A stretch of DNA of 64,000 bases from an archaeon (GTDB taxonomy: Archaea; Nanobdellota; Nanobdellia; SCGC-AAA011-G17; GW2011-AR17), in assembly GCA_043825775.1 (NCBI GenBank), contig JBDRRK010000008.1, positions 61,978 through 125,977 on the forward strand, written 5' to 3'. Position numbers and translations under genes: made by a program. Of the stretch, positions 1 through 10,347 are shown piece by piece; the stretch's first letter is position 1, and every line of letters starts with the position of its first letter. Below the pieces are notes generated by a model. The model was given only the letters and a program-made list of their open reading frames with translations. It ran no database searches and had not been told where the DNA came from.

Positions 1-330
1 GGAATACTGTTACATGTGGACCTCCAACAATTATTTTTTGATTAGGTATGTTTTCCTTTATTATAGAAATCATTTCTTTTGTTTTCATATACCAAGGCGT
101 CATTATTGTTAAACCTACAATATCTGGTTTTTGTTCCTTTAGAATTTTGATGATATCTTCATATGAGTAGTGGAAAGCAGGGACATCTATTATTGAAACT
201 TCGTGTTTATCTCTAATTGCAGCTGCTAAATAGGCTAGGCCTAATGGTTCGCATGTTGGACCCATTTTTCCTAGTGCTTTTCCATATCTGTCTGCGGCAA
301 ACAACCCTGGATTTATTAGAGTTACTTTCA
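1..330 (-). CDS. B12-binding radical SAM domain protein, N-terminal part (partial; runs off window start)
   Basis: Reverse-complement translation from ATG at 330..328 gives MKVTLINPGLFAADRYGKALGKMGPTCEPLGLAYLAAAIRDKHEVSIIDVPAFHY...IVGGPHVTVF. This is the same N-terminal cobalamin-binding Rossmann architecture as the three full B12-rSAM ORFs in this window. No stop inside the window. Confidence 0.5.
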
Positions 331-418
331 TTAGATTTTAGATTAATCACTTATTTATAAAATTTTAGTAGGTTAGACCTAAATAACCTTTTTAAATAGA
401 AAACTTTTTTTTGAATCG

Positions 419-2059
419 ATGAAAAAGGAGATAAAGGGATTGCTATTATTGTTCTTAGTAATTACTTTAGTTAAGATTATATTTAGTTATTTCACTCCTG
501 CTCCAAGTGCCTTTTCTGATAATTATATCTATATTAGAACTGCTTGGGAGTTTTTTCATAATGGTGGCCTTTTTGTGAATGGAATTTCTTCATCTCCTCC
601 CCTTTATTCAATGTTGATTAGTATTGCTTATGTGTTTGAAGATATGGAAAATGTTTTTATTGCTATGAAAGTAATAAATTCCATTGTTTCTTCATTAGTT
701 GTTTTTCCTATTTACTTTTTGGCTAGAGATTTTTTGAGTTCAAAGAAAAGTAGAATTGTTGTTGTTTTGAGTGCTTTAATTGTTCCACACTTTCTTTTTC
801 CAAACTTTATCATGGCTGAAAATTTGTTTTTTCCTTTAGTTGCTTTTGTTATTTACTTTTTGTATTTGTCATTTAAGAAACAGAATTCAATGTTCTTTGT
901 TATTTCTGGTTTATTAATTGGTTTGAGTATTTTAACAAAAGCAATTGGATATGCGTTGATTCCTGCTTGTTTCTTTATATTTTTATTTTTACGAGGAAAG
1001 TTTAAGAATGTTATTTATCATTATTTAGCATTAGGGCTTTTGTTCATTCCTTACCAATATTGGAAAGCTGTTTCTAATCCTAAAATGCCCTTGGGCTATA
1101 GCAATTCTGGAACTATTGGGAAGGTTATTGCTAACCTTACAACAAATATTGCTTCTTTTATTAATTGGAATATAAATTATATTGGGTTTATTATGTTAGC
1201 TTTAGGGGTTGTGTTTGTTATTGTATTTTTAGCATTAATATTTACAAAGAAAGAGAAAGATTTTAAGACACTGTTTAGTGTTGTTGTGGTTGTTAGTTTT
1301 TTTACTGTGTTGCTGGCTGTAAATTCTAGTGCATTTAGTGTTAATGGAGCTCCTTACATTACTTGGCATGGTTTTACTTGGTATCTTGGAAGGCCTTTAG
1401 GTCGTTACATTGCTTCTGTATTGCCTTTTATTTTTTTAGTAGGGTTTATTGGTTTTCAAAAAAGGTTGATTAGTTATAGAAAATTTAAGATCTTTGCCTT
1501 GATATCAATTATTGTTTTGGCTATATCTACTTATCTCACATTGTCTTCATTGTTTCCTGTAAATAATAGTTCTCTTACTTTATTTGGTACTTTACAGTTA
1601 GGATTGAAGTATGTTTTTGCAGATTGGAGTTATTTCTTAATTGGATTAATATTTATACTGTTACCTTTAATTGCTATTTTTATTTACAAAAAGAAAAAAA
1701 TAGTTATTGGATTAGTATTTTTTTTTCTTTTAGTTAGTTGTTTATTAGCCTATAGTATTCATTTGTATAATATGGAGAGTTATTGGGCAAATAATGATCA
1801 GGTTATATTGGGAAAATGGATTGATGATAATTTAGAAGGGATTATTGTAATTGATACAAGAGATTGTGAATGGCATTCAAAAGAAGATATGAACAATTAT
1901 TTATGTACAGGAGATGATACTAGAAGTTCTGTTGTTGGGATGTGGGTGAACAATCCTGTTATTGTAAGTGATACTCCTGATGGAGATTATTTTGTTACAA
2001 TTAGAGATATGAATATGGAATTAGTAAAAGAAGTTGGTAAGTTTAAAGTTTATTCTTGA
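419..2059 (+). CDS. GT-C-type integral membrane glycosyltransferase (GT39/ArnT/PMT-like), putative
   Basis: 546 aa with more than 10 predicted TM helices followed by a soluble C-terminal domain of ~100 aa. The architecture is typical of lipid-linked-sugar-dependent GT-C enzymes. No specific motif confirmed. Confidence 0.45.
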   Translation: MKKEIKGLLLLFLVITLVKIIFSYFTPAPSAFSDNYIYIRTAWEFFHNGGLFVNGISSSPPLYSMLISIAYVFEDMENVFIAMKVINSIVSSLVVFPIYFLARDFLSSKKSRIVVVLSALIVPHFLFPNFIMAENLFFPLVAFVIYFLYLSFKKQNSMFFVISGLLIGLSILTKAIGYALIPACFFIFLFLRGKFKNVIYHYLALGLLFIPYQYWKAVSNPKMPLGYSNSGTIGKVIANLTTNIASFINWNINYIGFIMLALGVVFVIVFLALIFTKKEKDFKTLFSVVVVVSFFTVLLAVNSSAFSVNGAPYITWHGFTWYLGRPLGRYIASVLPFIFLVGFIGFQKRLISYRKFKIFALISIIVLAISTYLTLSSLFPVNNSSLTLFGTLQLGLKYVFADWSYFLIGLIFILLPLIAIFIYKKKKIVIGLVFFFLLVSCLLAYSIHLYNMESYWANNDQVILGKWIDDNLEGIIVIDTRDCEWHSKEDMNNYLCTGDDTRSSVVGMWVNNPVIVSDTPDGDYFVTIRDMNMELVKEVGKFKVYS

Positions 2060-2781
2060 ACTTTTGGTTTTTTTAGAAGTCTATAAGACATCATAAACCA
2101 TTGTGCTATTGCAAATAATACTGTCCAAACTGTTAGAATTACTACTAACCAATACATTTTATTTATGAATGCTGCTAGAGCAATTACAGCTGTTAATTGT
2201 GGATCTGTTGGAAAGAATTGTATGAATAACTTCAAGTACCATTTTGATTTTTCATTTTCAGCCATATCATTTGCAGCAGGTAGTCTCATAAATATTTGAT
2301 ATGTTAGGCTTCCATAGAAATAAAAAGCCATTATCAGTAATCCCATGATTAAAACCAAAGAATCTGTTGTTGCATAATAAACACCCAAGATAATTCCTAA
2401 AAATACTGCTAATTTACCAAACTCATCTGCATGATGATCAAACCAGTATCCAGTCATACTTGCTGTGTTCTTTACTCTTGCTAATGATCCATCAACAAAA
2501 TCAAATATATATCTAAGAATAATTAAAATTCCTCCTGCAACTAGGAACCAGTAGGAATATTCAGGTGGGAAAAAATAAGGATATAAACCTTCGAAAAAGA
2601 AGTATCCGTTTAAAATTGATAGTAAACCTACTGCCAATGTAATCTGATTAGGAGTCAGTTTTGTGTGTTTATGAATAAACCAAACCAAAGGTATTGTAAT
2701 TCTTCTTCCTAACTGCCTAAAGATTGGACCCTTCAAGTCGGCTTCCTTCACCATAGGATGATTCTTGTCTAGTATCGGCAT
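2050..2781 (-). CDS. CDP-alcohol phosphatidyltransferase family protein
   Basis: Signature D-G-x2-A-R-x8-G-x3-D-x3-D is present as DFVDGSLARVKNTASMTGYWFDHHADE. Multi-TM protein. Confidence 0.7.
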   Translation of the reverse strand: MPILDKNHPMVKEADLKGPIFRQLGRRITIPLVWFIHKHTKLTPNQITLAVGLLSILNGYFFFEGLYPYFFPPEYSYWFLVAGGILIILRYIFDFVDGSLARVKNTASMTGYWFDHHADEFGKLAVFLGIILGVYYATTDSLVLIMGLLIMAFYFYGSLTYQIFMRLPAANDMAENEKSKWYLKLFIQFFPTDPQLTAVIALAAFINKMYWLVVILTVWTVLFAIAQWFMMSYRLLKKPKVQE

Positions 2782-3541
2782 TTATATCACTTTGAGGTTT
2801 TTCTTTAAAAAGTTTTCTAAAATAATCTAATTCCGCATGAAAATCAACTTCAATCCATTTTTCACCATCAATTTCATGTGTATGGACATCATATCCCTTT
2901 TCATGTAAATGTGTAAAGGTTTCTAACCAAAAATTATTCATGTGTTGTTGACTCCTAACTAACTCTTCAAGAATATCTTTATAGACTTTAATATGTCTTT
3001 CTCCTGAGACCTTTACTAGTCCTGGAGATTCAGCATGTATTTCTGGATGTTCTATTTCTTTACTTACTCTTGAAGCTGTATTCCTTTCTGTTAGAGTCAC
3101 TTTCATATCAGAGGCTTGGTATTTTGCTAAATCTTTTTTTCTTATTGATAAGATTATTCCTTCACTTGAGTTTTGTACGAAATCTCTGAAAACTTCTGGT
3201 TCAAAAACATTATCCCCATTTGTTATCATAAAATCTCCAGTCATTTCTGGTTTTGCAAACCAAAGAGACACTAAATTGTTGGAAGTAGCATAAAAAGGAT
3301 TGTATATTGTTTTAATTTTTAATCCATTTTTTTCATAAGAAGATATTTTTGCTTCAATTTGATGAGCTAGATAACCTACAACTAAAACAACTTCATCTAT
3401 AACTCCTGATTTTTGTATACTATCTAATTGTCTTTCAAGAAGAGTCATACCTTCACCAAAGTCCACTAATGGTTTTGGAGTATTTCTTGTCAAAGGCATT
3501 AATCTTGTGCCTATTCCTGCTGCTAGAATTATTAGTTTCAT
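2717..3541 (-). CDS. Sugar/alcohol-phosphate nucleotidyltransferase (cytidylyltransferase-like)
   Basis: N-terminus MKLIILAAGIGTRLMPLTRNTPKPLV is the canonical G-x-G-T-R-L nucleotidyltransferase motif. Its 3' end overlaps the downstream CDP-alcohol phosphatidyltransferase by 65 nt. Confidence 0.65.
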   Translation of the reverse strand: MKLIILAAGIGTRLMPLTRNTPKPLVDFGEGMTLLERQLDSIQKSGVIDEVVLVVGYLAHQIEAKISSYEKNGLKIKTIYNPFYATSNNLVSLWFAKPEMTGDFMITNGDNVFEPEVFRDFVQNSSEGIILSIRKKDLAKYQASDMKVTLTERNTASRVSKEIEHPEIHAESPGLVKVSGERHIKVYKDILEELVRSQQHMNNFWLETFTHLHEKGYDVHTHEIDGEKWIEVDFHAELDYFRKLFKEKPQSDINADTRQESSYGEGSRLEGSNL

Positions 3542-3623
3542 TTCCCTCTTTAAAGGTTAGTAAAAAATTTATTTATAAGTTTTTCTCATCTATAATCTTG
3601 TTATTAAAGAAAAAGTAAAAAAA

Positions 3624-4547
3624 TTAAAGAGATTGGAGGTAGAGTTCTAATGCTCCTATCCCTATTGGTGCATGTGCTCCAGGCTGTGAATCAATAAATG
3701 ACCTTATTGATCTAGGATTGTCTCTCACAGGGATTAAAGGAAAGTGTTCCCATGCATCATGGGGTAGACCTCTTTCTTGCATGATTTCCCTTTTAGCTTT
3801 TGTATCATAGCCTTGTCCAGTCAATATTTGATAAGTTGCATTAGCATTTTCATTAAGTTGAATTAATTGTTCTGCTGTTGCTTTTGCTTCTACTAAACCA
3901 ACAAATTTTATTCCGGTTGGTCCAAGTAATGGCTGTGTTGCTTCAAAAACTCCAATCAACCCTTTGTATTCACAATCAATTTTATCTCCACCAAGCTCTC
4001 CTTTAAATTCATCTATTGCTGTAACTTCTAAAGGGTCTGCTTCAAGATTAGAAGGGAATGATACGGAACCACCAGGTGGAAGCCCATATAAACCACAAGC
4101 AAATCTTCTAATTCTTAATTCATTAACTTCTCCACCTCTAATTCCAACTAAAATCTTATTATCTCTTGTTCTTGTTACTCCAATCATTGCTAATTGGTAG
4201 AAAGGATTTTTTCCAAAAGCTCCGCCTCTTGCAGCTTGTATTTCATAAGATGGGATTCTCATTCCTTCTAAAGCTAAATGATTTCCAGGTTGTGTTAATG
4301 CTTCTGGATTTGTAAGTGTTAATACTTCTTCTTTCCAAGCAAGATCTTTTTCTGCTGTTATTCCTCTTAATTCTGCTAATGCTTCCCAATTAGTAGGATC
4401 ATATAAAGAAGAGTCTGCTTTTCCTTCAAAATCTACAGTTCTATCTTCTACTTCAAAAGAAGTGGTTGTGTCTTTTAATGATCTAATAATCCTAAATGAG
4501 TTGTCTTGTATAATTTTTAAGACTTGTTCTTGTGTTGCCTGTGCCAT
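3624..4547 (-). CDS. Hypothetical protein (compositionally GC-richer than its neighbours)
   Basis: 307-aa ORF, Gly/Pro-rich. No motif I can name from sequence. Confidence 0.4.
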   Translation of the reverse strand: MAQATQEQVLKIIQDNSFRIIRSLKDTTTSFEVEDRTVDFEGKADSSLYDPTNWEALAELRGITAEKDLAWKEEVLTLTNPEALTQPGNHLALEGMRIPSYEIQAARGGAFGKNPFYQLAMIGVTRTRDNKILVGIRGGEVNELRIRRFACGLYGLPPGGSVSFPSNLEADPLEVTAIDEFKGELGGDKIDCEYKGLIGVFEATQPLLGPTGIKFVGLVEAKATAEQLIQLNENANATYQILTGQGYDTKAKREIMQERGLPHDAWEHFPLIPVRDNPRSIRSFIDSQPGAHAPIGIGALELYLQSL

Positions 4548-4645
4548 TTTAGTGGAGGGTTTAAATGGTAATTTATTAATGTTATGTTTTAATAGTAGTC
4601 ATAGTTAGTAACTCTTATAAATAAAGTGTAAATATTGTTAATAAA

Positions 4646-5032
4646 ATGGAAGATGGAATAGATCCCAAATCAACAATGAGCGAAGAAGAAAGAATAGCTG
4701 CTATAGCCACTTTGCAAGAATATGTAAGTAAAAAAGTAGAAGTTTTATATTATTATAGGGAGAGTGTTTACTCAGGTAATTTTCCAATAGTAGAATTAAA
4801 ACCTGAAGGGATTGTATTTCAGTATAGCTCTATTGATGACTATATGGATACTCCTCCTAATGAAGAAATTCCAACACATGAAGGATTATGGAAATTTGTT
4901 GGTGAAAAAAGATTTGAAATAATAATAATGAAAATAAAGGAGTTTGAAACAGGAAAACTTCTCTATGAGAATAGAGAGGTTGGTCCAAATCAGGATGAGG
5001 ATCTTGAAGATAGAACTTTGAGTTCTAGTTAG
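4646..5032 (+). CDS. Hypothetical acidic protein
   Basis: 128-aa ORF in an intergenic slot. No recognisable motif. Confidence 0.3.
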   Translation: MEDGIDPKSTMSEEERIAAIATLQEYVSKKVEVLYYYRESVYSGNFPIVELKPEGIVFQYSSIDDYMDTPPNEEIPTHEGLWKFVGEKRFEIIIMKIKEFETGKLLYENREVGPNQDEDLEDRTLSSS

Positions 5033-5045
5033 TTCTAAAATAATT

Positions 5046-6857
5046 TTAATTTATATTATAATTCTCTTTTATATAAGACAACCAAATTTCCAGACTGTAA
5101 ATCATCCATAATCTTTGACCAAACATAGGGTCTTCCTTGTTCTGTTCTATCCAGCTGTTTAAATTATCAAGATTAAAGTATTTAGAAACACAATTGTTTG
5201 GATTTAGAATAACTATTTTCATCTTTTTAATAAAGTCCTCTCCAAACCATTTATTCAAAGGTAAAGGAAAGCCTTGTTTTTTTCTGTTAATTATTTCTTC
5301 AGGAATGTAGGTTTGTGCTATTCTCTTTAACATGAACTTAGGGATGTCATGATTTTCAGAAATTTCATTAAAAATTAAATTTAAAGATTCTTTTATTGAT
5401 TCTTTATTTTTGAATCTATTTTTGTGTTCAAATGGTAAGGAATAGACTTGTTGTACAAAATTATGATCCAAAAAAGGAACTCTTGCTTCTACTGCATTAG
5501 CCATACTAGATACATCACTTCTTAATAATAATCCAGGTAAGTGGACTTTTAAAAATAAGTAAGATATTTTATTGTAGTAATCCCTTGGACACTTTTCAAG
5601 ATAATATGAAAAAGTTTCTTTGAACTCTTTATAATATTCTGGTTTTAGTATTTGTTTTAAGTTATCGTCTTTAAAATATCCATAATTGTTCATAAAAAAA
5701 TCTAAAAAATTTGAATCATCATTGTGCTCTTTCATATAATCAAATGGAGACCTAAATATTCTTCCGTATCCAGCAAATATTTCATCTGCTCCTTCTCCAG
5801 CCAAAACTACTGTTGCTGTTTTTTTAATCTGTCTGAATAATAAGAATAAAGCAACTTCATTTGGAACTCCAATTGGTTCATCTTTGTATTTTAAGTATTC
5901 GTGCATACTTGAAAGATAATCTTCATTTTTTATTTCCAGTTCATTATGTAGTGTTTCATATTGATCTGCTACTTTCTTTGCAAATGGAGTTTCATCATAA
6001 CCTTCTTCTGAGAATTTTACAGTATAGGTGTTTATTTTCTTATTACTCTGTTTAGCCATTATTGCTGAGAGTAAACTTGAATCTAATCCACCAGATAATA
6101 TTGAACCGACCTCAACATCTGCAAGCATTCTGTATTCAGTGCTTTTAATTAACCCTTTTTCTATTTCATTTATCTGTGAATTAAAGGAAAGTAATGTTTC
6201 TTTATGGTGTACATCCCAATATTGATTTATTTCTAAAGAATTATTTGTTAAATCGTAAGTTAAAGAATATCCAGGTTTTAGTTTTTTTATTCCTGTAAAG
6301 AATGTATCTTCTTCTAAGACATACCTATATCTTAAGAATGAAGATATTGCCGATGGATTTATTCGAGTTGGTAGTTTGTGGGTTAATATGGCTTTTATTT
6401 CTGAAGAAAAGATAAATTTTTCTCCTTGTTTTTGATAGTAAAAAGGTTTTATCCCTAATCTGTCTCTTGAACAGAATAAAATATTTTTATTTTTATCATA
6501 AATACAAAAAGCCCACATACCATTGAAATGTTGTACACAATCTTGTCCAAATTTCTCGTACATGGCCAGGATTACTTCTGTGTCTGTGTTTGATTTGAAA
6601 TTGTAATCTTGGCAGTATTTTTCTTTTAATTCTTTAAAATTGTAAATCTCTCCATTAAAAACAATGTAAAAATTGTTGTTAAACATTGGCTGATTACCTT
6701 TTTCTGATAAGTCTATAATAGATAATCTTGTATGACCTAAAGAGAGATTTTCAAATATCATAGAATCGTTAAAATCAGGACCCCTATGAAGAATCTTTTG
6801 ATTCATAGAATTGATTAATTCTTTATCAGACCAGTTAAAACCATTAATCCCACACAT
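5046..6857 (-). CDS. asnB: Asparagine synthetase (glutamine-hydrolysing), AsnB family
   Basis: N-terminal MCGI (class II glutamine amidotransferase nucleophile Cys2). PP-loop SGGLDSS is present. 603 aa. Confidence 0.85.
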   Translation of the reverse strand: MCGINGFNWSDKELINSMNQKILHRGPDFNDSMIFENLSLGHTRLSIIDLSEKGNQPMFNNNFYIVFNGEIYNFKELKEKYCQDYNFKSNTDTEVILAMYEKFGQDCVQHFNGMWAFCIYDKNKNILFCSRDRLGIKPFYYQKQGEKFIFSSEIKAILTHKLPTRINPSAISSFLRYRYVLEEDTFFTGIKKLKPGYSLTYDLTNNSLEINQYWDVHHKETLLSFNSQINEIEKGLIKSTEYRMLADVEVGSILSGGLDSSLLSAIMAKQSNKKINTYTVKFSEEGYDETPFAKKVADQYETLHNELEIKNEDYLSSMHEYLKYKDEPIGVPNEVALFLLFRQIKKTATVVLAGEGADEIFAGYGRIFRSPFDYMKEHNDDSNFLDFFMNNYGYFKDDNLKQILKPEYYKEFKETFSYYLEKCPRDYYNKISYLFLKVHLPGLLLRSDVSSMANAVEARVPFLDHNFVQQVYSLPFEHKNRFKNKESIKESLNLIFNEISENHDIPKFMLKRIAQTYIPEEIINRKKQGFPLPLNKWFGEDFIKKMKIVILNPNNCVSKYFNLDNLNSWIEQNKEDPMFGQRLWMIYSLEIWLSYIKENYNIN

Positions 6858-6948
6858 ATCATTTTATTTTAGAGTTTGATTTATAAATATATTGAAGGTT
6901 TAATAGAGTTACAAAAACTATTTAAATAAGAATTTAGGATTTTTAAAG

Positions 6949-8505
6949 ATGAAAGTTTCATTTATTAATTTTTCAGCATTTGCATTTGGTACAAGGGCAA
7001 TTTCTAGTTATTTGAAGTCAAAAGGCCATAAAACCCAGATGTTATTCTTCCCGAATGTTAGTGACAGACAGATTAATGAGAAACTTCTAGAGAATATTTA
7101 TGAGATTGTAAAAGATTCTGATGTTATTGGTATATCTATTATGTGTTCTGATTACTTTGAGTCAATAAAGATTACAAAATACCTTAAAAAAAGGTTAAAT
7201 GTTCCAATTATTTGGGGTGGGCCACAACCAATAGCTGATCCTGAAGAGTGTATAAAACATTGTGATGGAGTTTGTATTGGGGAAGGAGAAGAAGCTTTTT
7301 TAGAATTAGTTGGAAAAATAAAGGGAAAAAAAGATTATTCAAAAGTTTCTAATTTTTGGTTTAAGAATAGTAAGAATCATCCTATGGAATTAGTTACTGA
7401 TTTAGATAAATACCCTTTTCCTGATTATGATTTTGAAAATCATTTTATTTATGATGAAAAAAAAAGAGTATTTAAGAAAATAGATAAGAATGATTTGATT
7501 AAGCATGTTTTTCTTAATAACTTTGTACAATATGGAAATTATAAGATGTATCATTTTGTTTCTACAAGGGGATGTCCTCATAATTGTACATATTGTGGGA
7601 ATAGTATTTTGAGAAGAAAGTATAAAGGGACATATGTTAGAAAAAGAAGTAATGTAAATGTTATTGCTGAGTTAAAATGGATTAAACAAAAATTTCCTTT
7701 TATCAATTATATTGCTTTTGAAGATGATACCTTTACAATAAGGAGTGATGAGGAGATTATTGAGTTCTCTAGAATGTACAAAAGAGAGATTGATTTACCT
7801 TTTCATCTATCAAGTACTGCTTTGACTCTAAATGAGACAAAGTTGAAGACTCTTTTGGATTGTGGTTTGACATCTGTAAGAATAGGAATACAGTCTGGAA
7901 GTGAAAGAATTTTGAAAGAAGTGTATAAAAGAAATATTCCTAATACAGCTACGATAAGATGTGCTAAGCTTTTACATAAATATAGGAAGAGGTTCAAGCA
8001 TCTAAATATATATGATTTTATTTTTGATAATCCTTTTGAAACTACTGAAGATTATATTGAAACAATAAAGTTAATTTCTAAATTGCCTAAACCTTATGTT
8101 GCTTTATATCATTCTCTGTCTTTTTATCCTGGTACTGAATTGTTGGATATGGCAAGGGATGCAGGATATATTCATGATGAAAAGGGGCAGGTATATAACA
8201 AGAGTACTAGAGCTGGTGAGTTCAATTATATTAGATTTTTTGCTACTAGCTATCCAATTATTCCAATTAGATTTCCAAAGTGGTTTTTAAGATATCTAAC
8301 TCGAGAAAAAAGGGTAAAAAATTGGAACAGAAAAAAGTTCAATCAATTATTCAGACCTCTTACTATCTTTGTTTTGTTTTCATCATACAGTATACAAAAA
8401 TTAAAAGGGGTTATAAGAAATGGAATAACTATTGATGAAATTAAAACCATCTCTCAAAGGGTTAAAGAACATTTCTTTACAAAATCTGTTGCTAGGAAGT
8501 TATAG
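6949..8505 (+). CDS. Cobalamin (B12)-binding radical SAM protein
   Basis: N-terminal B12-binding domain (…IGISIMCSDYF…PIIWGGPQP…). Radical SAM cluster motif CPHNCTYCGN is present. Confidence 0.8.
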   Translation: MKVSFINFSAFAFGTRAISSYLKSKGHKTQMLFFPNVSDRQINEKLLENIYEIVKDSDVIGISIMCSDYFESIKITKYLKKRLNVPIIWGGPQPIADPEECIKHCDGVCIGEGEEAFLELVGKIKGKKDYSKVSNFWFKNSKNHPMELVTDLDKYPFPDYDFENHFIYDEKKRVFKKIDKNDLIKHVFLNNFVQYGNYKMYHFVSTRGCPHNCTYCGNSILRRKYKGTYVRKRSNVNVIAELKWIKQKFPFINYIAFEDDTFTIRSDEEIIEFSRMYKREIDLPFHLSSTALTLNETKLKTLLDCGLTSVRIGIQSGSERILKEVYKRNIPNTATIRCAKLLHKYRKRFKHLNIYDFIFDNPFETTEDYIETIKLISKLPKPYVALYHSLSFYPGTELLDMARDAGYIHDEKGQVYNKSTRAGEFNYIRFFATSYPIIPIRFPKWFLRYLTREKRVKNWNRKKFNQLFRPLTIFVLFSSYSIQKLKGVIRNGITIDEIKTISQRVKEHFFTKSVARKL

Positions 8506-8552
8506 ATTCTTTTTAGCAGAAGAAGAGTTACAAAAACTATTTAAATATAAAT

Positions 8553-9404
8553 ATGAGAATAGGTAAAATGAAACCCAAAACTAATGTTTTTGTTGTATTC
8601 TGGTTGATTGGAATGATTAGTAGCCTTTTGGTTTTATTATATGTCAATAAGATTGTAGGTATAATTGGTTTGGTTTTCTTCAATATCCTCATTTTGTATG
8701 TTTTGTATAAGTATAGCTTTTTAATTGTTATTCATTCACATAAATATGGCTTGTTGAATAAAAAATTCTTTGAATCAAAATCAAAAGGATACATGAACGA
8801 GGATAATAGATGGAAAATTGCAAGAAAGACTATTATTGAGTTAGTAAATCCAAAAAAAGGTGAAAAAATCTTAGATATTGCTTGTGGTTATGGTTTTTCT
8901 TCAATAGAATGTGCTGTTAAGGGTGCTGATGTTACTTCTTTAGATATTTCAAAAACTGCTTTGGAGTGGACAAAGAGAATTGGCAAGAAAAAAGGAGTTA
9001 ATTTGAAAATAATTGAATCAGATGCTGTAAGCTTGAAAGGAGTTGAAGAAAAAAATTTTGATAAAGCTATCTATGCTAATATTACTGAACATCTGCTTAA
9101 TGAAGATACACTTAAATCATTTAAAAATTGTAATAAAATTTTAAAAGATAAAGGATATGTTTTTATCTACTGCCCAAATGGAAATCATTATTCTGAATAT
9201 ATTAGGTTAAAACCTATAGAAGGACATATTGGTTTAAAGAGTATGGAAGAATTAGTTGATTTATTAGAAAAAGCTGATTTTGATATTGTAAAAAAATATT
9301 ATAAACCTGGAGCTGTACCTATACTAAAGGAATTAGACATTTTATTTCAAGATTATATTCCAATCTTTAGAAAAAGATTGTGTATTGTTGCAAGGAAAAG
9401 ATGA
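8553..9404 (+). CDS. Class I SAM-dependent methyltransferase with N-terminal TM segment
   Basis: Motif I ILDIACGYGFSS is present. Hydrophobic N-terminus. Confidence 0.6.
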   Translation: MRIGKMKPKTNVFVVFWLIGMISSLLVLLYVNKIVGIIGLVFFNILILYVLYKYSFLIVIHSHKYGLLNKKFFESKSKGYMNEDNRWKIARKTIIELVNPKKGEKILDIACGYGFSSIECAVKGADVTSLDISKTALEWTKRIGKKKGVNLKIIESDAVSLKGVEEKNFDKAIYANITEHLLNEDTLKSFKNCNKILKDKGYVFIYCPNGNHYSEYIRLKPIEGHIGLKSMEELVDLLEKADFDIVKKYYKPGAVPILKELDILFQDYIPIFRKRLCIVARKR

Positions 9405-10330
9405 AAATTAAAAAAATTATATGGCCAGTAATCTCTATTATAATAATACTCGCTTTTGGGTATATTATCTATCAAAATTTTGCAGAGTTTAGTAAAATTT
9501 TAGACTATCCTTGGATTATTTTAATATTGGTCTTACTTAGTTCTATAGGTTTTTTTTTTAATGGTATGAAAATAAAATTTCTTGTAAAAAATTTTGGTGT
9601 TGATCTTGGAGTTATGGAATCTTATTGGCTTTCTGTTGTTACTTCTCTTGGAAATTATCTTACTCCATTTAGAGGAGGGGCGGCCTTAAGAGCATATTAC
9701 TTGAAAAAAAAATATCAATTTAGTTATATTGATTTTTTTGTTACTATGGCTGGAACTTATGTTATTATCCTGTTTGTAACTGCAATTTTAGGTCTGATTT
9801 GTCTTTTAGTGATGTATTTATTAAATATACCAACACCAAAAGAATTTATTATTTTATTTTTAGGAATTTTAGTTTTAACCATTTTAGTATTATTTGTAAA
9901 AATACCTCATAAAATAAACTCATCTAATTTTATTCTTCGTAAAATAAGCAAAGTTATCAAAGGTTGGAATCTAATTAAAAAAGATAAAAAATTAATATTA
10001 AAAGTAGGTTTAATGGATACTTTTTGTTATGTTATAGTTATATTAAAAGTATATATTTTGTTTGAAGTTTTAGATCAAGGAATCAGTTTTATTTCTAGTA
10101 CCTTATTAGGATTAATCCATGGTATTTCTACACTTATCACTATTACTCCTGCTGCTTTAGGGATTAGAGAAGTGGCTATTGCATATTCTGCTGAGCTACT
10201 TGGAATTGGTTTAAATGTTGGAGCTGTTGTTTCTATTATTGACAGAGTTATTTTAATCCTTACTTTGTTATTATTAGGTTTGATTTTTGGTAAGAAGTAT
10301 GTTGTTAAAAAGAATAGTGTAGTTCCATAA
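9380..10330 (+). CDS. Flippase-like multi-TM membrane protein (UPF0104 / lysyl-PG synthase TM-domain family)
   Basis: 316 aa with 8 or more TM helices. The AALGIREVA-type segment is typical of this family. Confidence 0.45.
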   Translation: MYCCKEKMKIKKIIWPVISIIIILAFGYIIYQNFAEFSKILDYPWIILILVLLSSIGFFFNGMKIKFLVKNFGVDLGVMESYWLSVVTSLGNYLTPFRGGAALRAYYLKKKYQFSYIDFFVTMAGTYVIILFVTAILGLICLLVMYLLNIPTPKEFIILFLGILVLTILVLFVKIPHKINSSNFILRKISKVIKGWNLIKKDKKLILKVGLMDTFCYVIVILKVYILFEVLDQGISFISSTLLGLIHGISTLITITPAALGIREVAIAYSAELLGIGLNVGAVVSIIDRVILILTLLLLGLIFGKKYVVKKNSVVP

Positions 10331-10347
10331 ACCTTTTAATATAGAAA

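Noticed and set aside
3964-4200. Short antisense ORFs inside larger genes (e.g. 3964..4200, 5861..6225, 7803..7997, 11076..11339, 28660..29059, 44337..44858, 58775..59146, 61273..61650)
   Set aside because: They are fully embedded opposite long, motif-supported CDSs, have low-complexity translations typical of AT-rich antisense frames, and no independent support.
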